A stretch of DNA of 46,248 nucleotides from Pseudomonadota bacterium. Lineage in GTDB: Bacteria; Bdellovibrionota_B; Oligoflexia; Oligoflexales; CAIYRB01. Positions 8,286-17,709 of this stretch are shown here, piece by piece (positions within the stretch are counted from its first letter, which is position 1; every line of letters begins with the position of its first letter). The notes beneath the pieces were generated by a model. The model made no database searches, was not told the DNA's origin, and was given only the letters and a program-made list of their open reading frames with translations. The stretch is taken from NCBI GenBank assembly GCA_031416315.1, contig JANOTL010000032.1, positions 1 to 46,248 of the forward strand, in the 5' to 3' direction. Position numbers and translations under genes: made by a program.

Positions 8286-8971
8286 GACTGCCCTTCATCA
8301 ACATCCGTAAGCTGGTCGTCTATCCAGGGACCGAGACCTCGATCCACGTCGGCCGCGATATCAGCGTGGCGGCCGTCGAGGCGGCGCGGGCTGCGGCCGA
8401 GCCGCTCCTCCTCCTGGTAGCGCAAAAGCGCAGCGAGCAGAACGACGCAGTCGGGCTCGACGACATGTATCGCACCGGGACGGTCGTGCGACTCGAGCGG
8501 GCGGTGCGGCTCGGCGAAGGCTGCAAATTCCACGGCGCCGGCACGGCCGCTTTCGCGATTGACCAGATCGAGGTCTTGGACGGCGTCCGCTGGGCTACCG
8601 GCCGCGAGCTGAGCCCGGACGAGGACTCGAGCGTCGTGCCGGACGCCCTGCGTCTTGAGTACGCGGCGCTATTGCGCGACTGGTGCGCGCGATTCCACGC
8701 TTTTGCGGAGCATCCCGGCGTCGCGCGCCTCGCCGCGGAGCGGTCGAAGAGCGGCTTTATCCGTCAGCTGATGGGCATCGTCTCGTATTTTCGCGTGGAC
8801 GAAACGCCGCTGCTCACGGGTGCCGAGCATCAACGCAGCATGGACGCGCACCGAGAGTTGATCAATCGCGTCGTCGAGGGACGGCAACGCTTGCTCGAAG
8901 CGCCTGCGGCGGCGCAGACGCTCGACCTGATCGGCGCGATGCTGCGCGAAGAGCTCCGTCTTACGGCATAG
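8282..8971 (+). CDS. stand-alone Lon peptidase N-terminal (substrate-binding) domain protein
   Basis: LPFINIRKLVVYPG..IHVGRDISVAAVEAA..LLLVAQK..DMYRTGTVVRL resembles the Lon N-terminus. There are no AAA+ or protease motifs. ATGA overlap with the XRE stop codon. Confidence 0.75.
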   Translation: MRLPFINIRKLVVYPGTETSIHVGRDISVAAVEAARAAAEPLLLLVAQKRSEQNDAVGLDDMYRTGTVVRLERAVRLGEGCKFHGAGTAAFAIDQIEVLDGVRWATGRELSPDEDSSVVPDALRLEYAALLRDWCARFHAFAEHPGVARLAAERSKSGFIRQLMGIVSYFRVDETPLLTGAEHQRSMDAHRELINRVVEGRQRLLEAPAAAQTLDLIGAMLREELRLTA

Positions 8972-9398
8972 CCGACGAATGGAGCGCGCCATGCGGCTCG
9001 AGAAGCATCGAAACGAGATTCTGCCAGTTCACGGGCTTGCCGACGTGATCGTCGAAGCCTCCGACTAGGCAGCGGTCGCGCTCTTCCTTCATCGTATGTG
9101 CGGTCAACGCGATGATGCGCGTCTTCACGCCGCGCGCGCGGAGAGCCGCCGTCGCGGCGAAACCGTCCATCACCGGCATCTGCACGTCCATTAGGATGGC
9201 GTCGAAAGTTTGAGCCGAAGCGATCGCGACAGCCTGCTCGCCATTGCTCGCGACGTCCACGGTCGCGCCAGTTTTTCGGAGAATGCGCGCCATGAGCACC
9301 TGGTTGTCGGGCGAGTCGTCGACGATGAGAAGACGAAAGCCTTCGAGCTGCTGCTGCGGCGGCGTCGATAGCGTTGGACTGCGACTTTCGCTGGACAT
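8961..9398 (-). CDS. single-domain response regulator (receiver)
   Basis: LLIVDD, ILMDVQMPVMDG, IIALTA, GKP. A GAGG RBS lies upstream of the ATG at 9398. Confidence 0.9.
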   Translation of the reverse strand: MSSESRSPTLSTPPQQQLEGFRLLIVDDSPDNQVLMARILRKTGATVDVASNGEQAVAIASAQTFDAILMDVQMPVMDGFAATAALRARGVKTRIIALTAHTMKEERDRCLVGGFDDHVGKPVNWQNLVSMLLEPHGALHSSAMP

Positions 9399-9615
9399 GC
9401 TTTCGTTTCCTCGGACCGCGAGCGTAGTCGCGATGGGCGCCAATGTCTATCATAACTTACTGAAATTGCGTTGTTAATTCTAAGATCGCGAGGCGCTTAT
9501 GCTTTTTCCGCGCCGTCAGGGCTTGCCCAGTGGGTGGATACACCCATGTTTTAGAAGTGGAATCGGGAGTTCCGCGCCTGCACAGGCGGTCCGCCCCTCT
9601 TCTGAGAGCTTTCGC

Positions 9616-9759
9616 GTGGCCACGAACAAACTTCTCTCGCTCGTATCTGTAGCCCTTCTTCTGAACGCCTGCGGCATCGAGCCGCGCGGCCATCACCGGG
9701 GGCCGGTCGGCGCCGCGCGCGCCACCGCCCGAGCGCTCCGTTCAGCCCCGGATCGCTAA
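9616..9759 (+). other. possible short lipoprotein or 5' gene remnant
   Basis: The GTG-initiated ORF reads ATNKLLSLVSVALLLNAC (signal peptide plus lipobox), followed by only about 28 residues. Confidence 0.3.
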
Positions 9760-10754
9760 GCGCGCGGCGATCCGCGCGGAAAGGCCAAGTCGGCCGCGGC
9801 ACGTCCCGCCTTGAACGCATTCTCGAGTCGCCCTCCGTAACTCCAGTCGCCGCAAACCGCGATGCGACTCCCGTCGTTCCACAGGACTCCGGGCCCGGGG
9901 CCCGCCGCGGGACTCGCCCATCGCCAGCGATGCGCGAGAACGACGGAGACGTCCGTTGCCGTCCGAAGGCCACAGGTCTCCGCAAAGGCGTCGGCCAAGA
10001 GCGTTCCCGCGACAGACGCATCCGTCTCGACGTGTTGGTCGCTCCACTCCGGGGACCCATGGACCACCCACAAATGTTCTTTCGACGAACGGCCAGGGCG
10101 CGACGCATGGCGCGCTGCCCAGTCGAGAGTTCGCGATCGAATGAAAGCGGCGTCGAACCCGGGATCGAAGCCCTCGGGCAGCAACAGGCCGACCGCCCAG
10201 CAAGAGTGCATGACGATGCCACCCAGCGCATCGAGGCTGGCGCCGGCCGGATGAAGGCGTGCGGCTTGCGGCGGCGGCATGGCGAGAACGATGGCGTCGA
10301 AGGCCTCCGATCGGCTCGCGACGTCGCCGGCGAGCCGGCATTCCCAGCCGGCGTCGCCGTGCGGAACGAGGCGCTCGACCGTCGTCTCGAGGCGCAAATC
10401 TTCGACCGGGAATGCGTCCTTCAACCAGGAATTCATGGCGGGCACGCCGACCCAACGGTCGCGCGCGTACGCGACCTCGCGATTTTCGCCATCGATGTGG
10501 ACGATGCGCGCGTGCCAGACCTCGACCTGCTTTTTTCGAGCCGCTTCCGCCACAACCGCCGCGAATCGCGGGTCCTCGACGGTGAAGAAGCGCGCGCCGA
10601 GATCGACGGAGCCGAAGCTCTCGTCGCGCCGGGTCGCGCACCGCCCGCCAATGCCACGCGCGCGCTCGAACACGGTGACCTTCGCGCCTCGCTTTGCGAG
10701 TGCGTCGGCACATGCCAAGCCGGCCACACCGGCGCCGATGACCCCAATTCTCAC
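9756..10754 (-). CDS. FAD/NAD(P)-dependent oxidoreductase, renalase-like
   Basis: IGVIGAGVAGL, FERARGIGGRCATRR, DLGARFF, HRW, CGDW. GTG start at 10754 with an upstream AGGGGG RBS. Confidence 0.88.
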   Translation of the reverse strand: MRIGVIGAGVAGLACADALAKRGAKVTVFERARGIGGRCATRRDESFGSVDLGARFFTVEDPRFAAVVAEAARKKQVEVWHARIVHIDGENREVAYARDRWVGVPAMNSWLKDAFPVEDLRLETTVERLVPHGDAGWECRLAGDVASRSEAFDAIVLAMPPPQAARLHPAGASLDALGGIVMHSCWAVGLLLPEGFDPGFDAAFIRSRTLDWAARHASRPGRSSKEHLWVVHGSPEWSDQHVETDASVAGTLLADAFAETCGLRTATDVSVVLAHRWRWASPAAGPGPGVLWNDGSRIAVCGDWSYGGRLENAFKAGRAAADLAFPRGSPRA

Positions 10755-10924
10755 GGCGAGTCCCCCTTGCTGCCCGATATTATGACGTTTTTTCCGGCGC
10801 TGCCACCGCCCATGAACGATTTGAACGAATTTCTTGACCGCGCGTCCCTCCGGCCGTACGGTCTCCCGGCGCGCGGTGTGTTCCGTCCGCAATTTCTGAC
10901 GCGAAGTCAGACCAGGAGTTCCCT

Positions 10925-11419
10925 ATGAAACGTCTTGCAGTGCTCCTCCTCTCGATGACGAGTTTCTCGCTCACGCTCTCGGCCGCCGAGCCGACGGGCA
11001 AAACGATCGTCGACGTCGCCTCGGGCGCCGGCGACTTCGGCACCTTGGTGACGGCCTTGAAGGCCGCGGACCTCGTCGACACGCTGAAAGGTCCGGGTCC
11101 CTTCACGGTCTTCGCGCCGACGGATGCCGCGTTCGCCAAGATCCCGAAGGCGACGCTCGACGCGCTTTTGGCGGATAAAGCGAAGCTCAAGAGCGTGCTG
11201 ACCTATCACGTCGTCGCCGGGAAAGTCATGGCCGCCGACGTCGTCAAGGTGAAGTCCGCGAAGTCGGTCGCGGGCCCGGACATCGCCATCGCGACGAAAG
11301 ACGGCGTCACGCTCAACGGCACGGCGAAAGTCGTCAAGACCGACATCGGCGCGAGCAACGGCGTGATCCACGTGATCGACACGGTGATCATGCCGCCGAG
11401 CGACGGCAAGATGAACTGA
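10925..11419 (+). CDS. secreted fasciclin (FAS1) domain protein
   Basis: Signal peptide, [42 protein letters not shown]. Confidence 0.95.
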   Translation: MKRLAVLLLSMTSFSLTLSAAEPTGKTIVDVASGAGDFGTLVTALKAADLVDTLKGPGPFTVFAPTDAAFAKIPKATLDALLADKAKLKSVLTYHVVAGKVMAADVVKVKSAKSVAGPDIAIATKDGVTLNGTAKVVKTDIGASNGVIHVIDTVIMPPSDGKMN

Positions 11420-11424
11420 GGATG

Positions 11425-11515
11425 GATCGCTCTCGGCAAGGGCGGGGCAGGGTCGCAGCGCTGATCTATCCACACCAGCTCTTCGACCAGCACCCCGCCC
11501 TCGCCGGGGCGGATC
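11425..11515. repeat. long imperfect hairpin between convergent genes
   Basis: Arms of about 39 nt (11425-11463 / 11476-11515) around a 12-nt loop, e.g. CGGCAAGGGCGGGG paired with CCCCGCCCTCGCCG. Confidence 0.55.
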
Positions 11516-11544
11516 TCGCGGCTATGTAGAGTAGTTTGGGCGAC

Positions 11545-12681
11545 TCATTGCGGCGCGCGCAGTTTTCCGTAAAGCGCGACCCAACGCTCCGCGACCTTTC
11601 GCCAATCGAAGCGTTCGAGCACGGCTTCGGTGAGACGGCGTCGCTCCGCGGGCTGGTCGGCGCGCGATACTGCCGCAATGGCCTGGCTCCAGGACGCCGG
11701 ATCCAGCGGCAGGCAAGCGCCGCCTTCGATCTCGACGGCGACTTTCCCCAGCGCGACTGAATCGGAGACGACGACCGGCGTGCCGACGGCCAGCGCCTCG
11801 AGGACGACGTTGGCGAAGTTCTCGTGATGGCTCGGGAGCATCAGGCGATCGGCGTCGCGCAGGGCTGCGAACTTGGCGGGACCGTAGACCGGGCCGACGA
11901 AGTGGACGCGGTCGCGCACCTTCCGCGCCGTCGCGCGACGCTCCAGCTCGGCCCGATGCCCCGCATCCGACGGACCGACGATGGCGTAATGCGTGTCGCC
12001 GCGCCCGGAGGCCGCAAGCGCGTCGATCACGAGGCCGAGATTCTTGATCGGGTCGAGCCGACCGAGCGACAGGAGAAGCGGCCCGTCGAAGCCGCCGAGA
12101 TGCTCGCGGCGAAAGGCGCCGGGCTCCGTCTCCGGCGGCGAGGAGATGCCGTTCGGCACGATGTCGGTCCGATCGTGCGTGAAGCGCCTACGCATTTGCT
12201 GCTGTTCGGAGGCGCTGGTTGCTTGGACCAAAGCAGCGCGCTCGAGAAGGGCGCGGCCGCGCCACAGCAAATACGCGCGCTTCTTCAGGCCGGACTGGGC
12301 CATGCACCAATCGTCGAGCATGCCGCAGGGACGGATCACGAACGGTACTTTAGCAGCGTGTGCGAGACACGCGGCCCGGTACTGGATTTCTTCCCAGAGC
12401 ATGTGCAGGTGCACGACGGAGGCGCCAGGCAGGGCTTTCGCCAGCACCGTCTCGAGGTCAGGATGCCGCCGCAGTGGCCCGTCGGTCGGTCCGACGAGCT
12501 GAAGCTTCACGCCTGAGGAGGTGATCGCCTTTGCATGATCGAGCTGCTCGCCCGCGCGGAAGCTCGCGATGATTTCAACCGCGAGCCCCGCGTGCGCTTG
12601 CGCAGACGCGAGTCCAAGAAGCGCCGTCGTCGGTCCCCCGTGCGACGGATCCAAACAGGAGATGACGTGGACGACGCGCAC
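11545..12681 (-). CDS. glycosyltransferase family 4
   Basis: VVHVISCLDPSHGGP, IVPNGI, LGRLDPIKNL, ENFANVVLEALAVGTPVV. Confidence 0.93.
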   Translation of the reverse strand: MRVVHVISCLDPSHGGPTTALLGLASAQAHAGLAVEIIASFRAGEQLDHAKAITSSGVKLQLVGPTDGPLRRHPDLETVLAKALPGASVVHLHMLWEEIQYRAACLAHAAKVPFVIRPCGMLDDWCMAQSGLKKRAYLLWRGRALLERAALVQATSASEQQQMRRRFTHDRTDIVPNGISSPPETEPGAFRREHLGGFDGPLLLSLGRLDPIKNLGLVIDALAASGRGDTHYAIVGPSDAGHRAELERRATARKVRDRVHFVGPVYGPAKFAALRDADRLMLPSHHENFANVVLEALAVGTPVVVSDSVALGKVAVEIEGGACLPLDPASWSQAIAAVSRADQPAERRRLTEAVLERFDWRKVAERWVALYGKLRAPQ

Positions 12682-12687
12682 GAAGCC

Positions 12688-13458
12688 TCAGGGAAGGACG
12701 AGCTTCACCAGGACGGTGTCGGTCGTGGTGTCCATAACGGTACCGCCGATGCTCATCGAACTCGTGGAAATGGTCTTCGCCTGCACGTACGGACGATCCT
12801 TCAAAGTCCACATCTGCATGTTCGAGACGCCGTCCTGGCCGCCGCCCGTCGTCGTGACCTTGGATTTCACGTAGTGCGCGCTAAAGGTCCCGGCCGGGAC
12901 GGTGATGCTCTCGTCACGCTGCTCGAGGATCTCGACCTTCATGTTTTCCGGGAGCTGGCGGTCGCCTTCCCCGGGCTTGCAGCCGGCGAGGAACTCGACT
13001 TTCGTGTACGGGTCGCTGTTGACGGAGGGCTCGGAGGTGATCGGGCTCGTCATCTGGTATTCGGACTTCGTCTCCACGAGCTCGTCTTTGGACTGGAGCA
13101 CGGTGAAGGTCGAGGTCGACTTGGAGACGTTGCTGACGCCGCCAGTAACGATGGTCGAGGTGGCTTCGTGGGTCGTCGAGAGGCCGACCGGGTTGGCCGC
13201 GACGTAGTCTTTCCAGAGCTTCTCGCAAGTGACCGGCTGCGTGGTGCCGGGACCGGTGCCCGGATTCGTGCCGGGGTCGGTTCCCGGAGTGCCCGGGGTT
13301 CCCGGATTCGTGCCCGGATCGCCGCCTGGGTTCGTCGCGTCGCCTTCGCCGTTGTTTTGCTTTTTGTCGCCGCCGCTGCCGCCACCACTGTCATCGCCGC
13401 AGGCCGCGACGGTGAGCAGGAGCGCCAGGGAGCACGCTGCACCGAGAAGAGTCTTCAT
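12688..13458 (-). CDS. lipoprotein with (N/D/T)PGT-repeat linker and beta-rich C-terminal domain
   Basis: AAGGAGG RBS, ATG at 13458, lipobox VAAC, PGT repeats, ESITVPAGTF motif (seen in DUF3108-like proteins). Confidence 0.75.
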   Translation of the reverse strand: MKTLLGAACSLALLLTVAACGDDSGGGSGGDKKQNNGEGDATNPGGDPGTNPGTPGTPGTDPGTNPGTGPGTTQPVTCEKLWKDYVAANPVGLSTTHEATSTIVTGGVSNVSKSTSTFTVLQSKDELVETKSEYQMTSPITSEPSVNSDPYTKVEFLAGCKPGEGDRQLPENMKVEILEQRDESITVPAGTFSAHYVKSKVTTTGGGQDGVSNMQMWTLKDRPYVQAKTISTSSMSIGGTVMDTTTDTVLVKLVLP

Positions 13459-13518
13459 GGGAAATCCTCCTTGAGGGTATGGGAGCTTCCGCACACTACA
13501 AAAGGCCGGCGCATTGCG

Positions 13519-13544
13519 CACGGCCTCAGTAGGGGAAAGCTTGA
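13519..13544 (-). promoter_or_regulatory. weak sigma28-like promoter
   Basis: TCAAG-N16-CCGTG on the minus strand upstream of the 13458 lipoprotein. The -10 element is degenerate. Confidence 0.35.
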
Positions 13545-13558
13545 TTATATTAAAGAAA

Positions 13559-14905
13559 TCAGTTGGCTGCGTCTGCCTTGGTGCCGGTCAGGTCGTCGGC
13601 GACCGGCTGCGCGGAGTTGAGCCGGAGACGCTCGCGGACGGAAGCGGCGTAAACCGCCAAACGCGCGCGCATCAGGTTGCCGAGCGGGCGGTGCTCGGCG
13701 ACGTTGCGCCAGGGGTTGAAGGAGAGGCGCTCGCAGAATTGGTCGTTCGACTGGAATTCCTGCGGCGGGATGGTGATCGTCGCGAGCTTCACGAAGGGAG
13801 CGACCGCCTTGGTGGCGCCGCCGAGCAGAACCTGTGCCTTGGAGAAGAGCGACTGCGACTCGCGCCACTCGACCGAAGGATCCTCGACCGGCATCTGCAC
13901 TGGGTCGGCCTGGAACTGGACGCCGAAGTCGAAGCAGGCGGTCTTGCCGCCTTCCGGCTTCAGGTTGGCGACGAGCGCGTCGCGGAGGTAGTTGGCGCCG
14001 TAGTCCGCCTTGAAGCTCTTGGTGGCGTTCTTCGCGGCGTTGATCAGGTTGTAGACGTCGCTGAGAGGGCGCATCGCGGTGGAGTTGGCGGGGCAGCTCT
14101 TGCTCGGGCGGGTCGAGAACTTGACCGCGCTGTCGCCGAGCTTGAAGGCCCCCATGGACCAATAGAAGCCGCCGAGTGGCGAGGCCATCACCTGCGAGGC
14201 GACCTCGATGGCGATCGCCGCTTCGCGCTTGTGGGAGAGGAGAAACTTGCCGGCGTCCTGCTGGAGCTGGTCGTAGTCCTCGATGTGACGCGTCGGAAAG
14301 ACGGGGCCGGAGACGAAGGGAAAATCGAAGGCGTTGGAGCTCTCGTGGCCGGGCAGGAGCTTTTGCCCCGGAACTTTGTGGTCGACGTCGATCACTTTGA
14401 TCGCCATGCCACGGCCGTCGGGCGCCAGGTCCGACTGCATCGTCGGGAAGGCGTTCGAGAAGCGGACCCACACGGGGAAGCTGCCGTCCTGCGCGAAGAG
14501 GCCATGCTTCGCCTTGTCGGGGCGCGAAGCTTCCATCGTGAAGGTGCCGGTGACGCAGCCGTGCGTCTTCGAGTGGGCGGAGCGGCGCGCAAGGCCGGTG
14601 TCCGCCTTCAAGCGGGCGACCGTCTTGTCGGAGTTGGCCACGAGGCGCGCGATCCAAGTCGCTTCGTCGGCGCCGTCGCTGCCGACGAACGGCTGCTCGC
14701 CGAGCTCCAGTGGCACGTTCAGGGAGACCGCCGGCGGCGGCACGTTGTCACCGCCGGGAGACGACGGAATGGCCGGTGTGCCGGTGTCGGCCGGGATCTC
14801 TTCGGCCTTCACGGCGGAAGAGTTGTCGGGCGTCTTGCACGCCGTCAAAGTCAGCGTCGCCGCGGCGAGATAGAACGCGCGCTTCCCGAAGGTCAACGGC
14901 AGCAT
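13559..14905 (-). CDS. lipoprotein, heme catalase-like (small catalase-related peroxidase) protein
   Basis: Lipobox LTAC, RSAHSKTHGC (distal His), VRFSN, GRGMAIK, SFNPW, HRPLGNLMRARLAVY (proximal Tyr). GGAG RBS before the ATG at 14905. Confidence 0.85.
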   Translation of the reverse strand: MLPLTFGKRAFYLAAATLTLTACKTPDNSSAVKAEEIPADTGTPAIPSSPGGDNVPPPAVSLNVPLELGEQPFVGSDGADEATWIARLVANSDKTVARLKADTGLARRSAHSKTHGCVTGTFTMEASRPDKAKHGLFAQDGSFPVWVRFSNAFPTMQSDLAPDGRGMAIKVIDVDHKVPGQKLLPGHESSNAFDFPFVSGPVFPTRHIEDYDQLQQDAGKFLLSHKREAAIAIEVASQVMASPLGGFYWSMGAFKLGDSAVKFSTRPSKSCPANSTAMRPLSDVYNLINAAKNATKSFKADYGANYLRDALVANLKPEGGKTACFDFGVQFQADPVQMPVEDPSVEWRESQSLFSKAQVLLGGATKAVAPFVKLATITIPPQEFQSNDQFCERLSFNPWRNVAEHRPLGNLMRARLAVYAASVRERLRLNSAQPVADDLTGTKADAAN

Positions 14906-14995
14906 GGTCGTCTCCAGATGGTTCCAGGATGGGTAAGGAAATTGTCCCCTAGTATTGCTGGGATTTGCGCGGAAAAGAAGCGATAGTTTGCGCCG

Positions 14996-17110
14996 ATGAA
15001 GACCCCGCGGACTCACTACCGAACCTGCAATCTATGCGAAGCGATGTGCGGCCTCGAGCTTACCGTCGAGGGCGAGGCCGTCACGTCCATTCGCGGCGAC
15101 GCCGAGGATCCGTTCAGCCGCGGCTACCATTGTATAAAGGGGGAGGCGCTCGCCGACCTGCACGCCGATCCTCATCGCCTGCGCCAGCCCGTGCGGCGGA
15201 CGAAGGTCGGCTGGGAGAAGATCGGCTGGAGCGAGGCCTTCGCCGAGGTCGCGGCGAACCTGCACAAGATCCAAGCAGCGCACGGCCGCGACGCGGTGGC
15301 GAGCTACATCGGCAACCCCAACGCGCACAACTACGGCGGCCTCGTTTTCTTGCAGCGCTTTCTGCGCGTCTTGCGGAGCAAGAACCGCTTCGCGGCGACG
15401 TCGGTGGATCAGCTGCCGCACCACATGGTCAGCTACCACCTTTTCGGACATCAGCTCCTTGTGCCGATCCCTGACATCGATCGCACGGATTTCATGATCA
15501 TCATGGGCGGTAACCCGGTGGTCTCGCGCGGCAGCATGATGAGCGCGCCGGACGTCACCAAGCGGATCAGCGCGATCCGGGAGCGTGGCGGCCGGGTCGT
15601 TCTCATCGACCCGCGGAAGACCGAGACGGCGGCGGTCGTCGACGAGCATCACTTCATCCGTCCTGGGATGGACGCGGCCTTGCTTTTGGGGCTCTTGCAC
15701 GTCGTCTTCGCCGAGAAGCGGGCCACGCTCGGCACGGCCGCAGCCTACGTCGACGGCATCGAGGCGATCGAGGCGATGGTGCAACCTTTCTCGCCTGAAC
15801 GGGTGGCGCCGCTGACCGGCATCACGGCGGCGAAGGTCCGTGAGCTCGCGACCGGATTCGCCGGCGCCAAGACGGCGGTTTGCTACGGGCGAGTGGGGGT
15901 GTCCACGCAGGAGTTCGGGACCTTGTGCCAGTGGCTGATCACCGTCCTGAACGTCGTGACGGGGAATCTCGACCGCGTCGGCGGGGCGATGTTCACGACG
16001 CCGGCGCTCGATCCTTTGCCGTACGTCTCGCGCGGGCACTACGGGAAATGGAAGAGCCGCGTGCGCGGGCTCCCCGAGTTCTCGGGGGAGCTCCCGGTCG
16101 CGACGCTGACGGAGGAGATCCTGACGCCGGGGCCGGGGCAAATCAAAGCTCTGTTTACCTGCGCCGGCAATCCGGTCCTGTCGACGCCGAACGGCGCGAG
16201 GCTGGAGGGTGCGCTCGCCGGTCTCGAGTACATGGTGTCGGTCGACATTTACGTGAACGAGACGACGCGGCACGCCAACGTCATCCTGCCGCCGACCGGC
16301 GCGCTCGAGCACGAGCACTACGATGCGATCTTTCACCTGTTGGCCGTGCGCAACACCGCGCGCTATTCAGCCGCCCTGTTCGCGCCGGCGCCGGGGGCGA
16401 AGCACGAGTGGCAGATCCTGGCTGAGCTCGAGCGCGGTCTGATCCGGGCGCGGCATGGCGCGGTCGCGGGCATGAAGGCGCAATGGACGCGGCTCATCAC
16501 GCCGGAGCGGATGTTGGAGCTGGGTCTGAGGTTCGGGCCGCAGCGGGCGAAAGTGTCCCTGGGGAAGCTGAAAAAGGCGGTGCGGACGACCGATCTGGGG
16601 CCTTTGGAGCCGCGGTTGCCGGAGCGCTTGTTCACCAAGACGAAGCGCGTGAATCTGGCGCCCGCGCTCTACGTCGCGGACGTGAAGCGCTTCGAGGCGA
16701 AGTGCGGTGCGGCGGTGCCGCCCCTAGTTCTGATCGGGCGCCGACAGGTCCGCGTCAATAACTCCTGGATGGGGCACTTCGAGCGGCTGACGAAGGGGCG
16801 CGGGGCTTGCACCCTCCTCATGCACAAAACCGACGGCGAAACGCGGGGGATCGCGACGGGTGACGTGGTGCGGGTGACGACGGCCGTCGGCAGCCTGGAG
16901 ATTCCGGCGACCTTGGTGGAGAGCATCATGGTCGGGGTGGTGAGCATTCCGCACGGCTACGGGCATTCGAAGGAGCGGACGGCGCTGCCGGTGGCGGAGC
17001 ATGCGCGCGGGGTCAGCGTCAACGATGTGACGGATCCGGGGGTAGTGGATCTGCTGAGCGGGAATGCGGTTTTGAATGGGGTGCCGGTGGACGTGGTGAA
17101 GCTGGTTTAA
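14996..17110 (+). CDS. molybdopterin oxidoreductase family protein (4Fe-4S, bis-MGD)
   Basis: CNLCEAMCG..C, RLRQP, GGNPVVS, IDPRKTET, NETTRHANVILP, NNSW, C-terminal dinucleotide-binding domain. No Tat signal visible. Confidence 0.93.
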   Translation: MKTPRTHYRTCNLCEAMCGLELTVEGEAVTSIRGDAEDPFSRGYHCIKGEALADLHADPHRLRQPVRRTKVGWEKIGWSEAFAEVAANLHKIQAAHGRDAVASYIGNPNAHNYGGLVFLQRFLRVLRSKNRFAATSVDQLPHHMVSYHLFGHQLLVPIPDIDRTDFMIIMGGNPVVSRGSMMSAPDVTKRISAIRERGGRVVLIDPRKTETAAVVDEHHFIRPGMDAALLLGLLHVVFAEKRATLGTAAAYVDGIEAIEAMVQPFSPERVAPLTGITAAKVRELATGFAGAKTAVCYGRVGVSTQEFGTLCQWLITVLNVVTGNLDRVGGAMFTTPALDPLPYVSRGHYGKWKSRVRGLPEFSGELPVATLTEEILTPGPGQIKALFTCAGNPVLSTPNGARLEGALAGLEYMVSVDIYVNETTRHANVILPPTGALEHEHYDAIFHLLAVRNTARYSAALFAPAPGAKHEWQILAELERGLIRARHGAVAGMKAQWTRLITPERMLELGLRFGPQRAKVSLGKLKKAVRTTDLGPLEPRLPERLFTKTKRVNLAPALYVADVKRFEAKCGAAVPPLVLIGRRQVRVNNSWMGHFERLTKGRGACTLLMHKTDGETRGIATGDVVRVTTAVGSLEIPATLVESIMVGVVSIPHGYGHSKERTALPVAEHARGVSVNDVTDPGVVDLLSGNAVLNGVPVDVVKLV

Positions 17111-17112
17111 GC

Positions 17113-17607
17113 TTAGTGAAGCCGAGCCACAGCAGAAGCGACGTCCGCAATCGCCCCAACGCGATCCGTCTCCGCTCGCTTCCGCGCCAAACGCACCGCC
17201 GTACGCAATGCCTGGAGCTCGTCGCGGGCGTACTTGTCCGTGAGCGCGAAGACGGCGGAATCTCCCCCGTCCAGAAGAGCCTCCGCCAAAGGATCGACCG
17301 GCTCCGGCGACGGCTTCGCCGCGGCCGCGATCTTGGCGCGCGTGTCGGGATGGTCGATGGCGACGAGCTGGGCGCGGATTTGATCGCCGTCCACGTCCTC
17401 CATGCAGCGGCCGACGGTCAGCAGCATGCGCTTGCGGGCCGAGCGCGAGCTGATTCTGCGTGTCTCGTCGATCGCCCGGCGCAGATAGTCGGGCAGCTCG
17501 AGCATGGCGAGCTTGCCTTCAGAAAGGTCGACGAGCTCGGCGCCCAGCTTCTTCAGCCGCTCGAGCTCGTTCTTGCGTTGAGTTTTGGACGGGGCGTCTT
17601 CCAGCAT
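17113..17607 (-). CDS. darP: ribosome biogenesis factor DarP/YjgA (DUF615)
   Basis: PSKTQRKNELERLKKLGAELVDLS..L.LP..L..AI..RRI...ARKR. Confidence 0.8.
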   Translation of the reverse strand: MLEDAPSKTQRKNELERLKKLGAELVDLSEGKLAMLELPDYLRRAIDETRRISSRSARKRMLLTVGRCMEDVDGDQIRAQLVAIDHPDTRAKIAAAAKPSPEPVDPLAEALLDGGDSAVFALTDKYARDELQALRTAVRLARKRAETDRVGAIADVASAVARLH

Positions 17608-17709
17608 GATGGCGCGCGAATGCCGGAATCAGCCGCAAAACGCCACCGAAGCTTTGCAATCATTCAAAATAACTGCAGTTTTTGAACGCCCGGACGAGCC
17701 GGCCTTGGC

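Noticed and set aside
873..8971. Treating this whole block as a single defence island or biosynthetic cluster
   Set aside because: Gene orientations are mixed, there is no integrase, flanking repeat or recognised defence gene, and no shared operon structure.
13229..13330. Short tandem repeats that could suggest a CRISPR or VNTR array
   Set aside because: They encode the PGT linker of a lipoprotein. There are no unique spacers and no cas genes.
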